A DNA stretch of 64,000 nucleotides from an uncultured Oscillospiraceae bacterium. GTDB taxonomy: Bacteria > Bacillota > Clostridia > Oscillospirales > Acutalibacteraceae. Where the stretch lies: positions 12,922-76,921 of the forward strand of contig CASFCH010000055.1 in assembly GCA_949293315.1 (NCBI GenBank), read 5' to 3'. Made by a program: the position numbers and the translations under genes. Position 1 is the first letter of the stretch, and the number at the start of each line of letters is the position of its first letter. The notes beneath the pieces are model-generated. The model had not been told where the DNA came from. It made no database searches and saw nothing but the letters and a program-made list of their open reading frames with translations. Of this stretch, positions 47,455-55,684 are shown piece by piece.

Positions 47455-49029
47455 ATGCAAAAGCTCGTCGGGCTGTTTAACCGGGTATTTGTCTTTGTGC
47501 CTTTGGGGCTTGCTTCTTTTTTGGCCATTGTGTATTTGTGCGGCGGCTGGGGCGTAGTGCTGAACGGTTTTGGGCTGGAGCATTTTGCTCTGCCGCAGCT
47601 GGATCATTGGGGCTTTGCCGTGCTGTCGGTTGCGTGCCTGTTTTTGTTTATCTGCGTCCTGCTGCAGGGAACGGACAGGATGTGGAAGTCGCTTGAAAAC
47701 CGGTATGTCCGCGCTGGTGCAGCCGCCTTTCTGATTTTTCTCCTGACGGCGGCGCTTCGCTTCGCCTTTGTATATTTGTTTCGGGACGAAATCACCCTGT
47801 ACAGCGATTTTCAAAGGTCCTGGGAAATGGCGCAGGGACATTTGGACGGCAATCTGGAGTATTATACGCTGTTCCCGTCCTATCTGAACTTTTCAGTTTA
47901 TGAAAGGCTGGTATCCCGGCTGTTTGGGGCGTCTTATATCCATGTGCTGGAGCTGAACGCTTTTTGGAGCGGCGTTACGGCAGCGGCGCTCTTCGGGGTG
48001 GCGCTGCTGACGACGCGCAGCCACACCGTTTCAGCGCTTGCGGGATTTTTATATGCCGTTTATCCGACGAATATCGTATATACGGCATCGGGAACGCCGG
48101 AATTTTTGACGGTTGCTTTTAACACCTTGGGGCTTCTCGGCCTTGTCTGGTTCCTGCGCGCGCAGGGGGTCAAAAAATATTTCGGTATTTTCACTGCGGG
48201 CGTTTTGCTCGGAATCGGAACGTCCTATAAATCCTTTGCCGTTATTATCCTCATTGCCTTTGGCATGACGGTGCTTGTTAAAGAAATCCTTGAAAAGCGG
48301 CAAGACCTCAAAAAGCGTGTCAGGGCATGGCTGCTTGTGGGGCTGAGCCTTGTGTTGCTGTTCGGCGGCTATAAGCTGGCCGGCGACGCCATTTTACACC
48401 ATACGGAAAAGGTATACAATCAGGAGCTTTCCACCGCGGCCTCCATGCCGCATTTCCTGCTGGTGGGGCTCAACACACAGGGAGAGGGGCAGATTCACTA
48501 TGGCACGCTTTCCAGGGCGTATTATCAGGAATATCTGCAAAACGGCTGCAATTTTGAAGAAGCAAAAGAACACGCCTTTGCCTTATTGAAGCAGGACTGG
48601 TCTGAAAATAAGTCGGATATTGTGCCGCTCTTTTTAAAAAAGCTGGTTTGGGCATGGCAGGATGATTTCCGGCCGATATTGTATTTCAATCAGCATGAGG
48701 GGATTCAGGCCGATTCCCTGCTGGAGAGCGCCGTTTACAACTATTCCAACAACATTTTGCCGGCCGTTTCGCAAATCTGCTATTTCCTGATGCTTGTTTT
48801 TGCTTTAGCAGGCAGTGTGCGGTATATACGGGAAAAATCCATTCGCTATCCGATGGAGCTTTGCTTCCTGATCGTGTTTGGCTATTTTTGCCTGATGCTG
48901 CTTTCCGAAGCACAAAGCCGCTATAAATGCCTGATTTTGCCAAATCTATGCCTGCTTGCAGCAATCGGCATGGATGCGGCACGGCAGTCGTTTTGTAAAC
49001 AAAAAATCCGGAAAGAAAATGCGCGGTAA
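47455..49029 (+). CDS. GT-C fold membrane glycosyltransferase (ArnT/PMT, GT39/GT83-like)
   Basis: ATG at 47455 follows GGGAGGA. The protein has ~12 TM segments and a DE motif in the first loop (FRDEITLYSDF). Confidence 0.65.
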   Translation: MQKLVGLFNRVFVFVPLGLASFLAIVYLCGGWGVVLNGFGLEHFALPQLDHWGFAVLSVACLFLFICVLLQGTDRMWKSLENRYVRAGAAAFLIFLLTAALRFAFVYLFRDEITLYSDFQRSWEMAQGHLDGNLEYYTLFPSYLNFSVYERLVSRLFGASYIHVLELNAFWSGVTAAALFGVALLTTRSHTVSALAGFLYAVYPTNIVYTASGTPEFLTVAFNTLGLLGLVWFLRAQGVKKYFGIFTAGVLLGIGTSYKSFAVIILIAFGMTVLVKEILEKRQDLKKRVRAWLLVGLSLVLLFGGYKLAGDAILHHTEKVYNQELSTAASMPHFLLVGLNTQGEGQIHYGTLSRAYYQEYLQNGCNFEEAKEHAFALLKQDWSENKSDIVPLFLKKLVWAWQDDFRPILYFNQHEGIQADSLLESAVYNYSNNILPAVSQICYFLMLVFALAGSVRYIREKSIRYPMELCFLIVFGYFCLMLLSEAQSRYKCLILPNLCLLAAIGMDAARQSFCKQKIRKENAR

Positions 49030-49092
49030 TTCGGCTTCCGGCGTTCTGCCCTGCAGTTCGAATTGAAAGTCCCGCGCACAGGAGAGGTTTAT

Positions 49093-49797
49093 ATGGACAC
49101 ATTGTTTTTAGTTATGCCCGCCTATAATGAGGCGGAGAACATTCGAGGCGTTGTAGAGGCGTGGTATCCGCTTCTGGCGGGGAAAAGCGAGGCCTCCCGG
49201 TTGGTCATTGCCGACAGCGGCAGCACGGACGGGACGCATCAGATTTTAGAAGAGCTTCAGAAAAAATGTCCCAAGCTGGAAATTCTGTCTGACACCGGAA
49301 AGCAGCACGGGCCGAAGGTCATTGCACTGTACGCGTATGCCATTCGCCGCGGGGCAGACTATATCTTTCAGACGGATTCGGACGGGCAGACAAATCCGGC
49401 GGAGTTCGCGGCTTTTTGGGAACAGCGGGCGGCGTATGAAGCGGTTATCGGAAACCGCAGCGTAAGAGGGGACGGCCAGTCGCGGGCGTTTGTGGAACAG
49501 GTCGTCTGTATGCTCCTTCGGCTGTACTTTAAGGTCAGCGTTCCGGACGCCAACGCACCGTTTCGGCTGATGCGGGCGGATTTGGTACAAAAATATTTGG
49601 ACAGGCTCCCGTCCGACTACAATCTGCCGAACATCATGCTGACAGCGTACTTCGTGCATGACCGGCATAGGGTTCGCTTTGAAGAAATCACATTCCGGCC
49701 GAGAACCGCGGGCGTCAATTCGGTGAACATTCCGAAAATCGTGAAAATCGGCTGGAAGGCGCTGGGCGATTTCCGCCGGCTGAAAAAAACGATGTAG
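49093..49797 (+). CDS. GT2 family glycosyltransferase (polyprenyl-phosphate glycosyltransferase, GtrB/ArnC/DPM1-like)
   Basis: Begins MDTLFLVMPAYNEAENI and carries a DSDGQ (DXD) motif. Confidence 0.75.
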   Translation: MDTLFLVMPAYNEAENIRGVVEAWYPLLAGKSEASRLVIADSGSTDGTHQILEELQKKCPKLEILSDTGKQHGPKVIALYAYAIRRGADYIFQTDSDGQTNPAEFAAFWEQRAAYEAVIGNRSVRGDGQSRAFVEQVVCMLLRLYFKVSVPDANAPFRLMRADLVQKYLDRLPSDYNLPNIMLTAYFVHDRHRVRFEEITFRPRTAGVNSVNIPKIVKIGWKALGDFRRLKKTM

Positions 49798-50063
49798 CTT
49801 TTTTTTAGCGGGAGAATCGCAGTACGATTTCTTTGGCAGACGGGAAAGACATGAGCGTTTATGGGCGCGGCTTTTCAGCGCGCTCGCAACGCAGCAGTGG
49901 GAGTTATCCCGAAGCTGGAAGGGGCCTTCTGAAAGCCGACGCAGGGACCGGCGCAAAACCGTCCCCGGCCTCTCCTCAAAATTGCACCGTCTGATGAAAT
50001 GTTCAATCACACGTGAGAAACTCCGGCGGATTTCCGCCAGAGTTTCTTTCTGGTGTAAAAGGG

Positions 50064-50645
50064 TCAAATATGTTCGGTAAAGGAACCGTATTTTTCCGCG
50101 TAGCCCGCATAGGTCGAAATACCGGGCGCAAAGTCCAGCTGATACATCCGGAACGTGACCGGGAGATCCTTTGGCTGCCACTGCTCATGGTAGGAGTAGC
50201 GGTACGTCATGCCGAGCTTTTGCATCACCGCGCCGCTGCGCGGGTTGTTTACATCGTGCGTCGCCGTGATATAGGGGAGGCCATAGGTTCTTATTTGCTC
50301 CAGTGCCGTCCGGCATGCCTCAGTCACGATCCCGCGGCGCCAAAATTCATGGCGCAGTCCATATCCGAAATCATAGGGCGCGGTCAGGTCCAGGTGGAGG
50401 TACCCGATCGGGCGGTTATCCGGCTTCAGGCAGATGGCCCAGTGGCATCCGGTTCCCTGTGCGGCCGGCTCCAGCCAGCGTTCGTTCAGATGTTCTTCCG
50501 CCGCCGCGCGCGTCTGTACCGGAAACCACGGGAGGAATGTGTTGGTCTCCGGGTCGCTGAGGATTTGAAGCACGGCGTCAATATCATCGCGTGTAAACGG
50601 GCGCAGGATCAGGCGGCCAGTCTCAACGATTTTACGTGTATGCAT
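50064..50645 (-). CDS. GNAT N-acetyltransferase (RimJ/RimL-like)
   Basis: LILRPFTRDDIDAV and WRRGIVTEA motifs. Confidence 0.8.
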   Translation of the reverse strand: MHTRKIVETGRLILRPFTRDDIDAVLQILSDPETNTFLPWFPVQTRAAAEEHLNERWLEPAAQGTGCHWAICLKPDNRPIGYLHLDLTAPYDFGYGLRHEFWRRGIVTEACRTALEQIRTYGLPYITATHDVNNPRSGAVMQKLGMTYRYSYHEQWQPKDLPVTFRMYQLDFAPGISTYAGYAEKYGSFTEHI

Positions 50646-50660
50646 CGGTTCTCTCGTCCA

Positions 50661-50996
50661 TCACATCAGGTTGTCCACCGCATCGCGAATGGTATCCAAA
50701 AAATTTTCCTCGCCCCAGGTGTTGATCTTGAAGAACAGCCCCTGACTGCCGCCGGAGGTGATAGCTGTCAGTTGATAGTCGCCGTCCGTCCCCGCCAGCA
50801 CGAGTGCCATACTCACCCGGTTCCCGCCGGAATAGCTGTACCGCTCATACACGCGTACCGCGCAGCGGAAAGTTCCGTTTTCATAGTCGCTTCCGTCCTC
50901 GCAGGAGGCGGACATGCTCCCATTCATCACGGCTTTTTCCAGCGTGTCCAAGATGGAATCGAAATCTCCGTGTATGGTCTCCTCAATCTTCGCCAT
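50661..50996 (-). CDS. Hypothetical small cytoplasmic protein
   Basis: Start MAKIEETIHGDF follows GGAGGG. I cannot assign a family with confidence. Confidence 0.5.
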   Translation of the reverse strand: MAKIEETIHGDFDSILDTLEKAVMNGSMSASCEDGSDYENGTFRCAVRVYERYSYSGGNRVSMALVLAGTDGDYQLTAITSGGSQGLFFKINTWGEENFLDTIRDAVDNLM

Positions 50997-51151
50997 AAAA
51001 AATCCCTCCGTTCCCTTTGATAGCCCCATTGTACCATGATTGCGGCCGGAATGGAAGCAGAATTTCGCCCCTGCAAATCATGAAACGCAGACCGGGAGCG
51101 TAAGGATGAACACGATCCGAAATTTTGGGGGTGTCAGGAGTGAATCAAAGG

Positions 51152-51802
51152 ATGATCCGCCCGGCTGCCGCACTTTTATCGGGGCTCTTTCTGCTCCCTC
51201 TTGCCGCATGCGGGAGAGGGGATCAGCCGGCAATGGGCACGCCCGCCTCGCCGGAAGCGTGGGTTGAGCGCTATAATGCGGCGTGTAGGTTGCAATGCGT
51301 GTATGCCGAACAGCACCTCACATCGGGGGTGCTCCGGGCAGGCGGCGCCATATCCATCGACCTGCTGTCTAAGGATGCATTGCGGGCTGTGGCCGAGCGG
51401 GAGGAGGATCGGGGGGCTTCGCTTCCGAAACTCGAAAGTTCGGACGTGGAGACGGTGCATCAGGAGGGGGCGTCCGTCACGTTCCGGCTGAAGGAGATCA
51501 CGCTCTCCGCCCGGGACACCGGGCAGGGACGGGGCGGGTATGTCAATATCATCGACCGTGACCGCGCTGCGGCAATCATTGACGGAGCAAAGGAATACTT
51601 TCATCTTTCCAATGCGAATGTCCAACTGAAATCCGTGACATATACGCTCACGGACGGAGAAGTGACCGCCGTATTTGACAGCGGACTGACAAGGCTCGAA
51701 TCCGTGCGCTTTACGGCCAATCAGCGCGCCTTGGCGGAGCTCTTCTATGTGCTTCCCGTTCAGGCCGATCTGACCTATGCGTTACGGTCGGAATACCGGT
51801 GA
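51152..51802 (+). CDS. Lipoprotein, unknown function
   Basis: Signal peptide with lipobox LPLAACG. Confidence 0.55.
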   Translation: MIRPAAALLSGLFLLPLAACGRGDQPAMGTPASPEAWVERYNAACRLQCVYAEQHLTSGVLRAGGAISIDLLSKDALRAVAEREEDRGASLPKLESSDVETVHQEGASVTFRLKEITLSARDTGQGRGGYVNIIDRDRAAAIIDGAKEYFHLSNANVQLKSVTYTLTDGEVTAVFDSGLTRLESVRFTANQRALAELFYVLPVQADLTYALRSEYR

Positions 51803-51858
51803 TCAAAGGCGCAAAAAATCCCAGACGAAGAATTCCGTCCGGGATACAGCGCGGGTTC

Positions 51859-53757
51859 TTATTCCAGTTCGAATGCGCCGGTGTAGAGCTGATAGTACTT
51901 GCCCTTTTCCTCGAGCAGCTGTTCGTGCGTGCCGCGCTCGATGATGCGGCCCTGCTCGAGCACCATGATCACATCCGCATTCTTGACCGTGGACAGGCGG
52001 TGCGCGATGACGAACACCGTGCGGCCCTTCATCAGGGCGTCCATGCCGCGCTGGACGATGGCCTCCGTGCGGGTGTCGATGGAGCTGGTCGCCTCATCCA
52101 GGATCATCACGGGCGGATCGGCCACAGCTGCGCGCGCGATCGTGAGCAGCTGGCACTGCCCCTGGGACAAGGAGGAGCCATTGGCCGCGATCTGCGTGTC
52201 ATAGCCGTTGGGCAGGCGGGTGATAAAGTCGTCCGCACCGGCCAGCTTGGCGGCGGCGATGCACTCCTCATCGGTCGCATCCAGCTTGCCGTAACGGATG
52301 TTTTCCATCACCGTGCCGGAGAACAGATTGGAGTCCTGAAGCACGATGCCCATGCTGCGCCGCAGGTCCGCCTTTTTGATCTTGTTGATGTTGATGCCGT
52401 CGTAGCGGATCTTGCCGTCCGCAATATCGTAAAAGCGGTTGATCAGGTTTGTGATCGTCGTCTTGCCGGCGCCCGTGGCTCCGACGAAGGCGACCTTCTG
52501 CCCGGCCTCCGCGTAGAGGGTGATGTCGTGCAGCACGGTCTTCTCCGGCGTGTAGCCGAAGTCCACATGGTTGAGCCGCACATCGCCGCGCAGGCGGGTA
52601 TAGGTGACGGAGCCGTCCGCGCTGTGCGGATGCTTCCACGCCCAGATTCCGGTGTGCTCCTTACACTCGACAAGCCGGCCGTCTTCCTCGCGGGCGTTGA
52701 CCAGCGTGACATAGCCCTCATCGGTCTCCGGCTCCTGATCCATCAGCTCGAAAATACGCTCCGCCCCCGCGAGACCCATCACAACGGGATTGATCTGCTG
52801 GGAGACCTGGCCGATATTTCCGGCGAACTGCTTGGTCATATTGAGGAACGGCACCACGATGCTGATGCTGAACGCCAGGCCGGAGATACTGAAATTTTTG
52901 GCGCCGAAGAGGAGAAACATACCGCCCGCCAGGGCCACGACCACATACAGCACGTTGCCGATGTTGTTCAGGATCGGGCCGAGCGTGTTGGCGTACTTGT
53001 TCGCCTTTTCCATGTTGCGGAAGAGCTCGTCGTTGATGCGGTCGAAGTCGGCCTTGCTGGCCTCCTCGTGGCAGAAGACCTTGACCACCTTCTGGCCGTT
53101 CATGATCTCCTCCACATATCCCTCCACTGCGCCGAGAGATTTCTGCTGCCGGATAAAGAATCGGGCGGAGCCGCCGCCGATCTTTTTGGTGATCAGCAGC
53201 ATCACGATCACGCCCAGAACCACCACCAGCGTCATCCAGATGCTGAAATAGAGCATAATGGAGAACACGGTGAGCACCGTGATCCCGGCGATCAGCAGCT
53301 GCGGCAGGCTCTGTGAGACGATCTGGCGCAGGGTATCGATATCGTTGGTGTAATAGCTCATGATATCGCCGTGGTTGTTGGTGTCAAAGTAGCGCAGCGG
53401 CAGCTTCTGCATGCCGCCGAACATCTGCACGCGCAGCTTCTTCAAAAAGCCCTGTGTGATCACAGCCATCATCCGGGTGAAGGCAAAGGCCGAGGCCAGA
53501 GAGAGCACATAGAAGATCACAAGGATCCCGACCAGCTTCAGGATTTGAGCGGAGACGGCGTTCCAGTCGCCGGCCTGCCAGCTCGATTCGACCAGCGCGA
53601 TGATGTTCTGCATGAAGAGGGAGGGGACCGAACTGACAATGGCGCTGAAGATGATTAAGAATACGACCAGCGGCATCATCACCGGATAAAATCGGAAGAG
53701 CAGCTTAAACAGGCGCAGCAGGGTGTGGGATTTTTTGGCTTTTTTGTTCTTATGCAT
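51859..53757 (-). CDS. ABC exporter fused TMD-NBD subunit (canonical Walker B, degenerate signature)
   Basis: Start at MHKNKKAKK. Walker A GATGAGKTT, signature LSQGQCQL and Walker B VMILDEATS are present. Confidence 0.85.
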   Translation of the reverse strand: MHKNKKAKKSHTLLRLFKLLFRFYPVMMPLVVFLIIFSAIVSSVPSLFMQNIIALVESSWQAGDWNAVSAQILKLVGILVIFYVLSLASAFAFTRMMAVITQGFLKKLRVQMFGGMQKLPLRYFDTNNHGDIMSYYTNDIDTLRQIVSQSLPQLLIAGITVLTVFSIMLYFSIWMTLVVVLGVIVMLLITKKIGGGSARFFIRQQKSLGAVEGYVEEIMNGQKVVKVFCHEEASKADFDRINDELFRNMEKANKYANTLGPILNNIGNVLYVVVALAGGMFLLFGAKNFSISGLAFSISIVVPFLNMTKQFAGNIGQVSQQINPVVMGLAGAERIFELMDQEPETDEGYVTLVNAREEDGRLVECKEHTGIWAWKHPHSADGSVTYTRLRGDVRLNHVDFGYTPEKTVLHDITLYAEAGQKVAFVGATGAGKTTITNLINRFYDIADGKIRYDGININKIKKADLRRSMGIVLQDSNLFSGTVMENIRYGKLDATDEECIAAAKLAGADDFITRLPNGYDTQIAANGSSLSQGQCQLLTIARAAVADPPVMILDEATSSIDTRTEAIVQRGMDALMKGRTVFVIAHRLSTVKNADVIMVLEQGRIIERGTHEQLLEEKGKYYQLYTGAFELE

Positions 53758-55492
53758 CCTGATCACCCGCCTTGTTCTGGGAAGTGTACACTTCACGGTA
53801 GATGTCATTATTTTTGAGCAGCTCCGCATGCGTGCCCACGGCATCGATGCGGCCCTTGTTCATCACAATGATGCGGTCCGCATCCTCCACGGAGGAGGTG
53901 CGCTGGGCGATGATGATTTTGGTCGTCTCCGGGATATATTCGCGGAACGCCTTGCGGATCAGCGCGTCGGTTTTGGTATCGACCGCGCTCGTCGAATCGT
54001 CCAAAATGAGGATCTTCGGCTTTTTCAGCAGGGCGCGGGCGATGCACAGGCGCTGCTTCTGGCCGCCGGATACGTTCGTACCGCCCTGCTCGATGTAAGT
54101 GTCATACTTCTTGGGGAATTTCTGCACAAACTCGTCCGCCTGGGAGAGCCTGCACGCCTCCTCGATCTCCTCGTCCGTGGCGTTGGGATTGCCCCAGCGC
54201 AGGTTTTCCTTGATCGTACCGGAGAAAAGGACGTTTTTCTGAAGGACGACGGCCACCTGATCGCGCAGCGCTTCCAGATCGTAATTGCGTACATCCACGC
54301 CGCCTACCTTGACGTCGCCCTCGGTGGCGTCATACAGACGGGGGATCAGCTGGATCAGGGAGGACTTGGCGGAGCCTGTTCCGCCGATGATGCCGATCAG
54401 CTCGCCGGACCGGATATGCAGGTCGATATCGCTGAGCACCATTTTGTTGGCGCGGGAGGCGTATTTGAAGTTCACATGGTCAAAGTCGACGGAGCCGTCC
54501 TTGACTTCGGTCACCGCATTCTCCGGGCTGGTGATAGCCGGTTTCTCCTGGAGGACCTCCACGATACGGTGAACGGACTCGTTTGCCATCGTGATCATTA
54601 CGAACACCATGGAGACCATCATCAGGCTGCTCAGGATCTGGAAGCTGTATGTCAGCAGGGAGGAAAACTGCCCCACGTCCAGCGACAGGCCGCGGGAGCT
54701 GATGATTGTATACGAGCCGAAAGAGAGCACGAACACCATCACTGCGTACAGGCAAAACTGCATGAGCGGATTGTTGATGGCGAGGATCTTCTCCGCGCGG
54801 GTGAAGTCCCGGCACACATCCTCCGCCGCCGTGTTGAATTTTTCCGTCTCATAGTCCTCCCGGACAAAGGATTTGACCACGCGCATGCCACGTACGTTCT
54901 CCTGAATGGAGTTGTTCAGCGCGTCGTACTTGCGGAACACCTTGCGGAACAGCGGCATCGTCTTCCACACGACGAGCCCGAGCCCTACGCCCAGAATCGG
55001 CGCGACGATCAGAAAGATCGAGGCCATCTTGCCGCCCATGACAAATGCCATCACAAATGCGAAGATCAGCATCAGCGGGCAGCGAACCGCGATGCGGATG
55101 ATCATCATATATGCCATCTGGACGTTGGTGATATCGGTCGTCATCCGGGTGACAAGGGACGGGGTGGAGAACTTGTCGATGTTTTCAAACGAGTAGTTCT
55201 GGACCTTGTAAAAGATATCCTTGCGCAGGTTGCGGGCAAAGCCGCTCGAAGCGGTGGCCGCCGCTGATCCCGCCAGTACGCCGCCCGCCAGCGAGATCCC
55301 CGCCATGACGATGAGGATGCATCCGTATTTGACGATCACGTCGATGCTGCATCCGGCCTTGATCTGATTGACCAGCTTAGCCACGTAGAAGGGGATGATA
55401 CACTCCATCAGAACTTCTATGGTGACAAAGATGGGAGACAGGATCGAGGGCTTTTTAAATTCGCGGATCGATTTCATTAACTCTCTGTACAT
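53750..55492 (-). CDS. ABC exporter fused TMD-NBD subunit (degenerate catalytic site)
   Basis: Walker A GGTGSAKSS, signature VSGGQKQR, and Walker B ILILDDSTS with Asp in place of the catalytic Glu. Confidence 0.85.
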   Translation of the reverse strand: MYRELMKSIREFKKPSILSPIFVTIEVLMECIIPFYVAKLVNQIKAGCSIDVIVKYGCILIVMAGISLAGGVLAGSAAATASSGFARNLRKDIFYKVQNYSFENIDKFSTPSLVTRMTTDITNVQMAYMMIIRIAVRCPLMLIFAFVMAFVMGGKMASIFLIVAPILGVGLGLVVWKTMPLFRKVFRKYDALNNSIQENVRGMRVVKSFVREDYETEKFNTAAEDVCRDFTRAEKILAINNPLMQFCLYAVMVFVLSFGSYTIISSRGLSLDVGQFSSLLTYSFQILSSLMMVSMVFVMITMANESVHRIVEVLQEKPAITSPENAVTEVKDGSVDFDHVNFKYASRANKMVLSDIDLHIRSGELIGIIGGTGSAKSSLIQLIPRLYDATEGDVKVGGVDVRNYDLEALRDQVAVVLQKNVLFSGTIKENLRWGNPNATDEEIEEACRLSQADEFVQKFPKKYDTYIEQGGTNVSGGQKQRLCIARALLKKPKILILDDSTSAVDTKTDALIRKAFREYIPETTKIIIAQRTSSVEDADRIIVMNKGRIDAVGTHAELLKNNDIYREVYTSQNKAGDQDA

Positions 55493-55524
55493 AGAGCGTC
55501 TCCTTTCATCAGTGATTTTGACAG

Positions 55525-55560
55525 AAAAAAGAGCATAAGTCCGGCAGGGCGAACTTACGC
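55525..55560 (-). terminator. Terminator-like hairpin inside the 5' leader of the ABC exporter operon (possible attenuator)
   Basis: On the minus strand, GCGTAAGT...ACTTATGC is followed by TCTTTTTT. It lies between the promoter and the RBS. Confidence 0.45.
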
Positions 55561-55578
55561 AGGAGCTATTGCCTATCT

Positions 55579-55607
55579 ATTTTAAGGAATTATTTTCATT
55601 TTGTCAA
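55579..55607 (-). promoter_or_regulatory. Putative promoter of the ABC exporter operon
   Basis: TTGACA-17-TAAAAT on the minus strand. Confidence 0.5.
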
Positions 55608-55646
55608 ATCGTAGTTTTTCGGGAAAAGGCCGGGCTTGAAGAGAAG

Positions 55647-55672
55647 CGGCCCGGGGGAAAACCCGGGCCGCA
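55647..55672 (-). terminator. Hairpin terminator after the 584-aa membrane protein gene
   Basis: GCGGCCCGGG...CCCGGGCCGC perfect stem. The U-tract is weak. Confidence 0.45.
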
Positions 55673-55684
55673 GGCAGGGACTGT

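Noticed and set aside
49798-50063. A 47-aa + strand ORF (MSVYGRGFSARSQ...) and other small ORFs in the gap after the GT2 gene.
   Set aside because: The RBS is weak, the composition is Ser/Gly/Arg-rich and low-complexity, and there are no supporting signals. The region more likely holds only the GNAT gene terminator.
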